This document shows, one piece after another, positions 1 to 7,074 of a stretch of 63,809 bases of DNA. Every line of letters starts with the position of its first letter. The stretch's first letter is position 1. Under the pieces are notes generated by a model. The model searched no databases. It saw only the letters and a program-made list of their open reading frames with translations, and was not told the origin of the DNA. The DNA comes from a bacterium (GTDB lineage: Bacteria; Patescibacteriota; Andersenbacteria; UBA10190): the NCBI GenBank assembly GCA_027624555.1, contig JAQBWN010000001.1:1-63809 (forward strand), in the 5' to 3' direction. A program made the position numbers and the translations under genes.

Positions 1-100
1 GCATGAAGAAATAAACCCAGATGAGTTGCGCGACTACGTTGCAAGCACACTCAAAAATACAAAGACACTAGATCTACTAAACACTCTCGCAAACAAATAA
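1..100 (+). CDS. 3' end of a CDS entering from upstream (possibly trigger factor, by tig-clpP synteny only)
   Basis: Open frame from nt 2 to TAA at 98-100 (...DELRDYVASTLKNTKTLDLLNTLANK*). Too short to identify; its position just upstream of clpP is the only hint. Confidence 0.3.
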   Translation, partial: HEEINPDELRDYVASTLKNTKTLDLLNTLANK

Positions 101-121
101 GCAGTAGACTATACTGTATAT

Positions 122-706
122 ATGAACTACTTAATACCAACAGTTTTAGAAAAATCACAATTTGGAGAACGAGCATTTGATATTTATTCGCGTTTATTAA
201 AAGAGCGTATTATTTTTCTCTCCGGTGGGATAGATGAACAAGTTGCAAACCTTGTTATTGCCCAGCTCATCTTCCTCGAACACGAGGATCCGAAAAAAGA
301 TATTACGTTATATATAAATTCACCAGGCGGACAAGTAACTGCTGGTATGGCGATGTATGATACGATGCAATTTATTAAACCAGATGTGTCGACAATCTGT
401 TTTGGTATAGCAGCTAGTATGGGTGCTGTTATATTGGCAGCAGGTGCCCCAGGCAAGAGAATGGCGCTCCCAAACGCAGAAGTTATGATTCACCAAGTAA
501 TGGGCGGAGCTGAAGGCCAAGCATCAGATATCGAAATTAGTGCACGGCACATCTTAAGAACGAAGGACAAGTTAAACCACATCTTAGCCCAGCATACGAG
601 GCAAAATCTAAAAAAAGTGGAAAAAGATACGGATAGAGACTACTATATGTCTTCAGAGGAAGCGAAAGAGTATGGCCTTATCGACAAAATTATAACAAAG
701 GCATAA
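122..706 (+). CDS. clpP: ATP-dependent Clp protease proteolytic subunit
   Basis: 194 aa. Typical ClpP sequence ([32 protein letters not shown]). Confidence 0.95.
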   Translation: MNYLIPTVLEKSQFGERAFDIYSRLLKERIIFLSGGIDEQVANLVIAQLIFLEHEDPKKDITLYINSPGGQVTAGMAMYDTMQFIKPDVSTICFGIAASMGAVILAAGAPGKRMALPNAEVMIHQVMGGAEGQASDIEISARHILRTKDKLNHILAQHTRQNLKKVEKDTDRDYYMSSEEAKEYGLIDKIITKA

Positions 707-747
707 ATCCTTCAGCATTTCTTACTTTATGATTTATTACTATATAT

Positions 748-2274
748 ATGGATATACTAACGGTTTTGCCCGCAATTGGGATGGCAATAGCAGGTATTGC
801 TGTAGGGTACGCACTGCAGAAGAAAATGGGCTTAAACAAAGCGCAAAATATTGATAGTAAAATTGAACAAAAACTAACAGATGCAAAAGATAAGATAAAA
901 AAATTACGAGAAGAAGCAGATATACACGCATCGCAGCACAGGGCAAAAATCGAACAAGAACTAGATGAACGAAGAAAATCAATTATCGAACTTGAAAAGC
1001 ATATTGCTGAACGAGAAGAAAAACTTGAAACAAAGATTTCATCTGTGGAGCTAAAAGAAGAGGAAATATCTTCACTTCGTACTGCATTAGAAAATGAAAA
1101 AACGACGCTTAAATCCTTGCAAGAAGATGAACAAAAGCATCTTACGCAAATTTCCGGACTAACCGTACAACAAGCTGAAGCTAGAATGCTGCAACAAGCA
1201 ATCGATTCCACGAAAGAAGAAATCGTTCGAAGAGTGCGCAAATTAGAACAAGAAGGAGAGCACCAATTAGAGGAAAAAGCACGCGATATTCTTTCGCTTG
1301 TTATCCAACGCTATGCATCGTCTCATGTTGCGGAAAACTCCACATCGTATGTTGATGTTCCAGACGAATCTATGATTGGAAGAATTATTGGAAAAGAAGG
1401 AAGAAACATTCAACATTTAGAACGCTTAACGGGATGCGAAATCGTTATCGACGAAACTCCGAATTCTATTATGATTTCTGGCTTCTCGCCTGTTCGCAGA
1501 CAAGTTGCTAAAAAGGCAATTGAAGCACTTATGAAGGACGGTCGTGTACATCCAGGTAGAATCGAAGAAGTAATCGAAGAAGCAAAGAAAAAAATCAACG
1601 ATGACATGCGTGAAGCAGGTGAAGCCGTTGTGTATGATTTGGGAATTGTAGATTTTCCTCCACAACTTATTCAATTAGTTGGACGCATGAAATACAGAAC
1701 AAGTTATCGCCAAAATATTCTTCGCCACAGTTGGGAAGCAGCAAGAATTGCGATGATGTTGGCAGAAGAACTTGGGGCGAACGTAAATATCGCAAAGAAA
1801 GCAACGTTGCTCCACGATATTGGAAAAGCAATAGATCATGAAGTAGAAGGTAACCACGTAGAAATTGGTGAGAAGATTATGCGCAAGTACGGAATAGACG
1901 AAGCTATTATTAGAGCAGCTGCAGCCCACCACGAAGACTACCCGTTCGACACCAAAGAAGCGATTATCGTACAAGTAGCAGATGCAATATCTGCAGCACG
2001 ACCAGGTGCCCGCAAGGAAAACATGGGCGAATATGTAAAACGCATGGAAGACTTGGAACAAATTGCGACCAGCTATGCGGGCGTGAAGAAAGCATATGCA
2101 ATTTATGCAGGCAGAGAAATTAGAGTGTTCGTGGAACCCGGAGAAATAGACGACTTGGCAGCAATTACACTGGCACAAAATATTGCAAAACAAATAGAAC
2201 AAGAACTTACGTATCCGGGAGATGTGCGCGTGAACGTAATTCGCGAGATTAGAGCTGATGCGTTAGCGAGATAA
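748..2274 (+). CDS. rny: Ribonuclease Y
   Basis: 508 aa. N-terminal TM helix, long coiled-coil, KH domain (GRIIGKEGRNIQ) and HD domain (LLHDIGKA...HH). Confidence 0.93.
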   Translation: MDILTVLPAIGMAIAGIAVGYALQKKMGLNKAQNIDSKIEQKLTDAKDKIKKLREEADIHASQHRAKIEQELDERRKSIIELEKHIAEREEKLETKISSVELKEEEISSLRTALENEKTTLKSLQEDEQKHLTQISGLTVQQAEARMLQQAIDSTKEEIVRRVRKLEQEGEHQLEEKARDILSLVIQRYASSHVAENSTSYVDVPDESMIGRIIGKEGRNIQHLERLTGCEIVIDETPNSIMISGFSPVRRQVAKKAIEALMKDGRVHPGRIEEVIEEAKKKINDDMREAGEAVVYDLGIVDFPPQLIQLVGRMKYRTSYRQNILRHSWEAARIAMMLAEELGANVNIAKKATLLHDIGKAIDHEVEGNHVEIGEKIMRKYGIDEAIIRAAAAHHEDYPFDTKEAIIVQVADAISAARPGARKENMGEYVKRMEDLEQIATSYAGVKKAYAIYAGREIRVFVEPGEIDDLAAITLAQNIAKQIEQELTYPGDVRVNVIREIRADALAR

Positions 2275-2279
2275 AACGT

Positions 2280-3143
2280 ATGGATACTCAACGTATCGGT
2301 CTTCACGTATCAGCTGCTGGGGGGCTTGCGAATGCCCCAGAGAACGCAAAAGCAATGGGTGCTGAATGTTTCCAGTTCTTCTCACGAAGCCCTCGTGGTG
2401 GTGGTGCAGCGGTTATTACAGATGAACAAGCTGATCTATTTAAAAAAAGATCTAAAGACTATGACTTTGAAAGCTATATCAATACTCCCTATTATATAAA
2501 TTTTGCATCGAAGAATAATAAAATTTATCACGGATCTATAAATGCAGTTCGTGAAGAATTAACTCGAGGTACAAAACTGGGTGTGAAGTATGTCGTAACT
2601 CATTTGGGTAGTGCAAAAGATCATGTAGAAAACGTCAAATCTTCCGAAGTGCCAGCATCTGCGCTCAATCAAGCAATAGAAGGGCTAAAAAATATATTTG
2701 AAACAGATGAAAATCTCACAACTGAATTGTTGCTCGAGATCAGTGCAGGCGCCGGTGCAGTGCTTGGCGATTCATTCGATGAATTAGCGACGCTTCTAGA
2801 AGGCCTTGCTCGTCCTGATGTGCATGTATGTTTAGATACGTGCCACATGCTTGCATCTGGTTATGATATTCGAACTGAAGAAGCATTGGAAAAAACAATG
2901 CAAGAATTTCGCTCAAAAATCGGCATAGAACACTTAAAATTAGTTCACATGAATGATTCTAAAAAAGAATTAGGATCGCACAGAGACCTTCACGAACATA
3001 TAGGCATGGGTGCAATTGGTGAAACAGGCTTCATGGCGCTTCTAAAGCATCCAGATTTTCAACATGTGAACTTTATACTAGAAACAAAACACGATGAATA
3101 TATTGCGAAAGATTTGAAGTTTTTGCGAGACAACAGAGTATGA
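2280..3143 (+). CDS. nfo: Endonuclease IV (AP endonuclease family 2)
   Basis: 287 aa. Motifs VTHLGS, LLLEISAGAG, CLDTCHMLASGYD, HMNDSK. Confidence 0.9.
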   Translation: MDTQRIGLHVSAAGGLANAPENAKAMGAECFQFFSRSPRGGGAAVITDEQADLFKKRSKDYDFESYINTPYYINFASKNNKIYHGSINAVREELTRGTKLGVKYVVTHLGSAKDHVENVKSSEVPASALNQAIEGLKNIFETDENLTTELLLEISAGAGAVLGDSFDELATLLEGLARPDVHVCLDTCHMLASGYDIRTEEALEKTMQEFRSKIGIEHLKLVHMNDSKKELGSHRDLHEHIGMGAIGETGFMALLKHPDFQHVNFILETKHDEYIAKDLKFLRDNRV

Positions 3144-3149
3144 GCTTTC

Positions 3150-3197
3150 AACCTGCCCTCACCCTAACCCTCTCCCCAATTGGGGAGAGGGGAACGC
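3150..3197. repeat. GC-rich palindromic repeat, family A (short form)
   Basis: aacctgccctcaccctaaccctctccccaattggggagaggggaacg. The palindrome ctctcccc-aatt-ggggagag is shared with 16032-16096 and 55438-55502. Intergenic between nfo and udg. Confidence 0.8.
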
Positions 3198-3213
3198 CTT
3201 ACGCCAGAACTTT

Positions 3214-3795
3214 ATGAACAGAGACGAGAAACGAGCGGCGTTACAGCACTTAAACGCAGAACAACTCCCTATAGTAATTGCAAATTCGAAGCTCCATGAA
3301 GGAACAAAACAAGCAGTGCCGGGGGATGGCAACCCAGATGCTGATATTCTTATTATTGGCGAGGCGCCTGGTAAAAAAGAAGATGAAACAGGAGTGCCGT
3401 TTGTAGGTGCAGCAGGGAAGTTGTTAACGTTACTACTCGAATCTATTGGCATGAAACGGGAGGATATTTTTATCGCTAATGTGATAAAGCATCGTCCGCC
3501 AGATAACCGCGACCCCATCCCTTCAGAAATTGCCGTTTATGCTCCATGGCTGGCAAAGCAGATTGAGATTATTGATCCAAAAATTATCATAACACTCGGA
3601 CGTTTTTCTATGGATTTTATGCTAGGCTCAGGGTTTTCTATATCTCAGATTCATGGCCAGCCAAGAGAAAAAAATGGGAGGGTAATATTGCCATTGTATC
3701 ATCCCGCAGCTGCGCTGTATTCCGGAAAATTACGACCAGTGCTTTTTGAAGATTTCCAAAAAATCCCCAAAATACTTGCTCTCATAGGCAAATAA
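3214..3795 (+). CDS. Uracil-DNA glycosylase, family 4
   Basis: 193 aa. GEAPGKKED motif, FVGAAGKLL, HPAAALY motif B. Confidence 0.88.
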   Translation: MNRDEKRAALQHLNAEQLPIVIANSKLHEGTKQAVPGDGNPDADILIIGEAPGKKEDETGVPFVGAAGKLLTLLLESIGMKREDIFIANVIKHRPPDNRDPIPSEIAVYAPWLAKQIEIIDPKIIITLGRFSMDFMLGSGFSISQIHGQPREKNGRVILPLYHPAAALYSGKLRPVLFEDFQKIPKILALIGK

Positions 3796-3813
3796 TCGTA
3801 TTGTACTTGTACT

Positions 3814-3900
3814 GCTCAGATGGCGGAATCGGTATACGCGCATCCTTGAGGTGGATGTGGGAGCAATCCCGTGCAGGTTCAAGTCCTGTTCTGAGCACCA
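3814..3900 (+). tRNA. tRNA-Leu(GAG), CCA encoded
   Basis: Cloverleaf: acceptor gctcaga/tctgagc, anticodon stem catcc/ggatg, loop ttGAGgt, long variable arm, A73, cca at 3898-3900. Confidence 0.9.
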
Positions 3901-3972
3901 GGGCGATTAGCTCAGTGGTAGAGCAACTCGTTTACACCGAGAAGGCCGGGGGTTCGAATCCCTCATCGCCCA
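3901..3972 (+). tRNA. tRNA-Val(UAC)
   Basis: Starts directly after the CCA of tRNA-Leu. Acceptor gggcgat/atcgccc, loop ttTACac, T arm ggggg-ttcgaat-ccctc, A73, no encoded CCA. Confidence 0.88.
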
Positions 3973-4047
3973 CTAATAAAAGACAATACTTAGTTTGAAT
4001 TATCTGCCCATTCTGCTATGCTCGTATCACAATTGAATAATAAATAT

Positions 4048-4341
4048 GCCGCGGTAGCTCAGTGGTAGAGCGCAGCCCTGGATCTTCGGGGCCCTTCTCA
4101 GTAATGGGGAGTGTATAAACTGGGTGAACTCGGGGAACACTTTATAGGTGAAAGCCTAGAAAACAATCCCGAGCCAAGCTAAGAAGGGTTTAAGTTTCTT
4201 AGAAGGTGTAGAGACTAGCGAGTGAGTCCCAACAATAATCTCGCAGACAGCGCCCAGCTCCTATGCAAATAGGATGATGATATAGTCCAAATTCAGCCTT
4301 GGAAGAGGCTGGCGTCGACAGTTCAATTCTGTCCCGCGGCA
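4048..4341 (+). tRNA. tRNA, most likely Phe(GAA), interrupted by a group I intron after U33
   Basis: 5' exon 4048-4079: gccgcgg-ta-gctc-agtggta-gagc-g-cagcc-ct. 3' exon 4302-4341: GAAga-ggctg-gcgtc-gacag-ttcaatt-ctgtc-ccgcggc-a. The joined exons give a 72-nt cloverleaf with a short variable arm. Confidence 0.8.
4080..4301 (+). ncRNA. Group I intron (222 nt, no ORF) in the tRNA anticodon loop
   Basis: Follows U33 and ends in G4301. P1: exon gcccu (4075-4079) pairs with ggggc (4088-4092), with a U-G wobble at the splice site. R-like agagactag (about 4210-4218) and S-like gatgatatagtcc (4276-4288) form P7 gacta/tagtc. Confidence 0.8.
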
Positions 4342-4354
4342 CAGAGAAAAATAG

Positions 4355-4429
4355 GCGGGTATCGTATAGTGGCTATTACACCTGGTTGCCAATCAGGAAG
4401 CACGGGTTCGACTCCCGTTACCCGCTCCA
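4355..4429 (+). tRNA. tRNA-Gly(GCC), CCA encoded
   Basis: Acceptor gcgggta/tacccgc, anticodon stem cctgg/tcagg, loop ttGCCaa, T arm acggg-ttcgact-cccgt, U73, cca at 4427-4429. Confidence 0.88.
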
Positions 4430-4758
4430 TGAACTTACAAGACAAATCGTGCGTCCCATGCAAGGGCGGAATACCTCCATTAACTCGAAAAGAGTTTGGG
4501 CCGATGCTAAGTGAAGTTAATTCTGCTTGGGAAGTTATTGATAACAAAAAATTACGGCGAACATTTGAGTTTCCGGCGTTTATGGACGCAATTGCATTCG
4601 TAAACAAGATTGCAGACATCGCTGAGAGGGAAGGGCACCACCCAGACATCCAAATACACTACAAACAGGTGATAATTGAGCTTTGGACGTTCAAGATTGA
4701 TGGGCTGTTTGATAACGATTTTATACTAGCTACTAAAATCGACGAACTAACTAACTAG
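4429..4758 (+). CDS. Pterin-4-alpha-carbinolamine dehydratase (PCD/DCoH family)
   Basis: 109 aa from ATG 4429 (MNLQDKSCVPCKGG...EREGHHPD...). The larger track ORF (4369) would start inside tRNA-Gly. The A of this ATG is the last A of the tRNA CCA. Confidence 0.8.
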   Translation: MNLQDKSCVPCKGGIPPLTRKEFGPMLSEVNSAWEVIDNKKLRRTFEFPAFMDAIAFVNKIADIAEREGHHPDIQIHYKQVIIELWTFKIDGLFDNDFILATKIDELTN

Positions 4759-4772
4759 GCTAGCGTAGATCC

Positions 4773-4829
4773 CTTGGCCAAGCCCCCACGACGCCAAGGC
4801 TAAGTGGGGCGCAGCCGGAATGACAAACT
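4773..4829. repeat. MITE-like repeat fragment (right-end module ...gccggaatgacaaac)
   Basis: Hairpin ccttggc...gccaagg followed by ggctaagtggggcgcagccggaatgacaaac. The right end matches 5643-5682, 25279-25320 and 35253-35287. Confidence 0.7.
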
Positions 4830-4895
4830 AACGCTCCTAATATGCCTTTATATAGGCATATTATTAGTATATTGACGGAAACCACTACATAGGTA

Positions 4896-4923
4896 TTGAC
4901 TTTTTCTGCAGTTGTGCTATAGT
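4896..4923 (+). promoter_or_regulatory. Sigma70-like promoter
   Basis: ttgact (4896-4901), 16-nt spacer, tatagt (4918-4923). Lies upstream of the CDS at 5025. Confidence 0.5.
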
Positions 4924-4933
4924 TATGCGTTTC

Positions 4934-4964
4934 GCCTGATAGATCTCATTCTATCAGGCTTTTT
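4934..4964 (+). promoter_or_regulatory. Leader hairpin plus U-tract (terminator-like attenuator candidate) in the 5' UTR of the RlpA-like gene
   Basis: gcctgatag (4934-4942) pairs with ctatcaggc (4951-4959), followed by ttttt. Located about 10 nt downstream of the -10 box and 60 nt upstream of the ATG. Confidence 0.45.
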
Positions 4965-5024
4965 AGTTGCCCAAATTTTGGCAGCCCCTCACTCACAAGA
5001 GGCGTTCATTCTCTAAGATGCTCT

Positions 5025-5600
5025 ATGAAATACAGCAACATCTTGAGACACAAACACCTCACAAACACCATTATTACGCTTACAGCTCTTGTACTCCCTG
5101 CACAGGTAATGGCGTTTGAATTGCCAATACAGATAACTCCCTATATTACGCCCATAGAGGCTACTGAAACTACTCACTCATACCTTTCTGGTACAGTAGT
5201 AGCGAATGCTTCTCCTGTAACAACTGTTACACAGTTAACGAAGCGCACTGTGACTCCTCGTACATATTCAGGCAGCTCAGTAGTAATGGAAGGTATTGCA
5301 AGTTATTACAGTAAAGCCGGGTGTCTTGGGTGTAATCCACTATTTGTGATGGCAAATGGCCAGGTATTGGATGATAACGCTCTTACTATGGCTATCGGTG
5401 CCGATAAGAAACACTTAGTAGGGTACAATGCTCGAGTTACTAATCTTGTAACTGGACAATCTGTTGTAGTTCGAATTACTGACACTGGCGGATTCTACAA
5501 AGACAAATATGGAAACCGAGTAGCCGATCTTACGATTGGAACAAAAAAAGCAATCGGAATGAATGGTGGACTTGGAAAAGTTCGAGTAGAGGTTCTGTAA
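5025..5600 (+). CDS. Secreted RlpA-like double-psi beta-barrel protein
   Basis: 191 aa. N-terminal signal/TM region. C-terminal pattern GIASYY...ANGQVLDD...TMA...RVTNLVTGQSVVVRITDTGGF...RVADL is typical of the RlpA/DPBB family. Confidence 0.6.
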   Translation: MKYSNILRHKHLTNTIITLTALVLPAQVMAFELPIQITPYITPIEATETTHSYLSGTVVANASPVTTVTQLTKRTVTPRTYSGSSVVMEGIASYYSKAGCLGCNPLFVMANGQVLDDNALTMAIGADKKHLVGYNARVTNLVTGQSVVVRITDTGGFYKDKYGNRVADLTIGTKKAIGMNGGLGKVRVEVL

Positions 5601-5607
5601 TTCCAAG

Positions 5608-5682
5608 TTTGTCATGCCGGACTTGATCCGGCATCCAGACAAGCGCGACGTGGATTCCGGGTCACGGCCCGGAATGACAAAC
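5608..5682. mobile_element. MITE-like element (75 bp) with terminal inverted repeats
   Basis: gtttgtcatgccgg...cccggaatgacaaac. The left half matches 33472-33503 and the right half matches 35253-35287 and 4815-4829. No ORF. Confidence 0.7.
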
Positions 5683-5698
5683 TAAAACGAATCATCTT

Positions 5699-5726
5699 AA
5701 AGCCCCGGATATCGGGGCTTTTTTGG
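5699..5726 (+). terminator. Rho-independent terminator
   Basis: aagccccg-gatat-cggggctt followed by ttttt. Confidence 0.75.
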
Positions 5727-5727
5727 T

Positions 5728-5756
5728 TTGCATGAGCAACTTTTTTGTGCTATAAT
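5728..5756 (+). promoter_or_regulatory. Sigma70-like promoter
   Basis: ttgcat (5728-5733), 17-nt spacer, tataat (5751-5756), 11 nt before ATG 5768. Confidence 0.6.
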
Positions 5757-5767
5757 AAGCATAACAA

Positions 5768-6199
5768 ATGCTGAAGAAACACAAACATATAAACACATTT
5801 ATTGTTCAATATATTCCGTTATTCCTCATCGGGGCTATAGTCCTTGTGAACGCCTATCCTGCGCCGGCACTTGCTTTTGTTAATACAATTCAATCACCGG
5901 CTACGTTTACCTATGGAAAAATAATCGAGGTAACTGCTTCTGCATACTCATCCACCCCAGATCAAACTGACGCATCTCCATTTATTACAGCAAGCGGGGA
6001 TCATGTACGGTATGGCATTGTGGCTGCAAACTTTCTGCCAATGCATACGAACGTACGAATAGGAAATGAAATATTCACGGTAAAAGACAGGATGAATGAA
6101 CGATATAATAACGTACCAATTATTGATATCTGGATGCCTTCGCGTGAGGCAGCACTGGCATTCGGCACGCGCACTATCCTGATCGAAATAGATCGCTAG
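5768..6199 (+). CDS. Secreted 3D-domain / MltA-like DPBB protein
   Basis: 143 aa. Signal/TM region, then VTASAYSSTPDQTD...TASG...GIVAAN...IDIW...EAALAFG resembling 3D-domain cell-wall proteins. Confidence 0.5.
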   Translation: MLKKHKHINTFIVQYIPLFLIGAIVLVNAYPAPALAFVNTIQSPATFTYGKIIEVTASAYSSTPDQTDASPFITASGDHVRYGIVAANFLPMHTNVRIGNEIFTVKDRMNERYNNVPIIDIWMPSREAALAFGTRTILIEIDR

Positions 6200-6209
6200 C
6201 AAATACCAG

Positions 6210-6237
6210 TTGACTTTTCCCATAGGGTACGTAGAAT
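6210..6237 (+). promoter_or_regulatory. Sigma70-like promoter
   Basis: ttgact (6210-6215), 16-nt spacer, tagaat (6232-6237), upstream of rplS. Confidence 0.5.
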
Positions 6238-6249
6238 TACCTGTATTCT

Positions 6250-6771
6250 ATGGATTACCTACGAGCATTTGAATTAAAGCAAATAGAAGGCATTGACCGT
6301 CCCATCCTTCGAGCTGGTGACATTGTTCGAGTTGGAACAAAAGTAATCGAGGGGGACAAGTCTCGTATTCAAGCCTTCGAAGGTACAGTTATTGCTATCC
6401 ACGGAAGCGGACCTTCTAAGTCCTTCACTGTTCGTAGAGAAACAGGGAAATTTGCCGTTGAACGAGTATTCCCTCTATACAGCCCACTCATCACCAATAT
6501 TGAAATCGTAAAACGTCAGAAGGTTCGTAAATCTAAACTCTATTACTTACGACAAGAAGGACGTCGCAGAGTGAAAGAAGATGGAGTTTCTATGCAACGC
6601 CACGTAAAAGAAGATTCCGACAAAAAGCGACTTGCAGCAGATAAGATAAAACGAGCGGAAGAAAAGGCAGTTGAGGTAGAACGCAAAGCCCTTCGACAAG
6701 CTCAGGGTGAACTAACAAAAGACGCAGAAGCAACCGAAGAAATTACAGAGACTACCGAAGAAGCAAAATAA
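6250..6771 (+). CDS. rplS: 50S ribosomal protein L19 with a charged C-terminal extension
   Basis: 173 aa. L19 core (RAGDIVRV...RIQAFEGTVIAIHG...FTVRR...VERVFPLYSP) plus an extra Lys/Glu-rich tail of about 55 aa. Confidence 0.92.
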   Translation: MDYLRAFELKQIEGIDRPILRAGDIVRVGTKVIEGDKSRIQAFEGTVIAIHGSGPSKSFTVRRETGKFAVERVFPLYSPLITNIEIVKRQKVRKSKLYYLRQEGRRRVKEDGVSMQRHVKEDSDKKRLAADKIKRAEEKAVEVERKALRQAQGELTKDAEATEEITETTEEAK

Positions 6772-6842
6772 TATACCCACAAGCCCCGCATAACGGGGCT
6801 TGTCCTATGCAAACAGGCATTTGTTTGGTATTACATATACAC

Positions 6843-6915
6843 GGCCTAGTGGCGAAGTGGCTAACGCGTAGGTCTGCAAAACCTTCATTCGCCGGTTCGA
6901 ATCCGGCCTAGGCCT
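6843..6915 (+). tRNA. tRNA-Cys(GCA)
   Basis: Acceptor ggcctag/ctaggcc, loop ctGCAaa, T arm gccgg-ttcgaat-ccggc, discriminator U73 (Cys identity element). Confidence 0.88.
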
Positions 6916-6933
6916 CGGAAAATTAAATACATT

Positions 6934-7016
6934 GCCCGGGTGGCGAAACGGCAAACGCTGTGGCCTTAAAAGCCACTGTCAGAAATGGCTTGTGGGTTCG
7001 AGTCCCACCCCGGGCA
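6934..7016 (+). tRNA. tRNA-Leu(UAA)
   Basis: Acceptor gcccggg/cccgggc, anticodon stem gtggc/gccac, loop ctTAAaa, long variable arm, A73. Confidence 0.9.
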
Positions 7017-7074
7017 CAATAGGATAATCAACGCCAAAGTAGCGAAGAGAAATAATATATTATATTCTTAGTAT

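Noticed and set aside
690-2306. Long antisense ORFs opposite rny (690-1241 at 183 aa, 1675-2202 at 175 aa).
   Set aside because: They are Cys/Ser/Phe-rich low-complexity translations of the reverse strand of a Lys/Glu-rich gene. The sense-strand RNase Y call is unambiguous.
3801-4649. ORFs 3801-3998, 4299-4514 and 4323-4649, plus the 4369 start of the PCD ORF.
   Set aside because: They are superimposed on tRNA-Leu/Val, the tRNA intron and tRNA-Gly. The only supported coding sequence here is PCD from ATG 4429.
4896-5767. A c-di-AMP (ydaO-type) or other riboswitch upstream of the two DPBB/3D cell-wall protein genes.
   Set aside because: I could not recognise any conserved riboswitch core sequence by eye. 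Only a simple hairpin (reported separately) and a MITE-like element are present. A covariance-model scan is needed before any claim.
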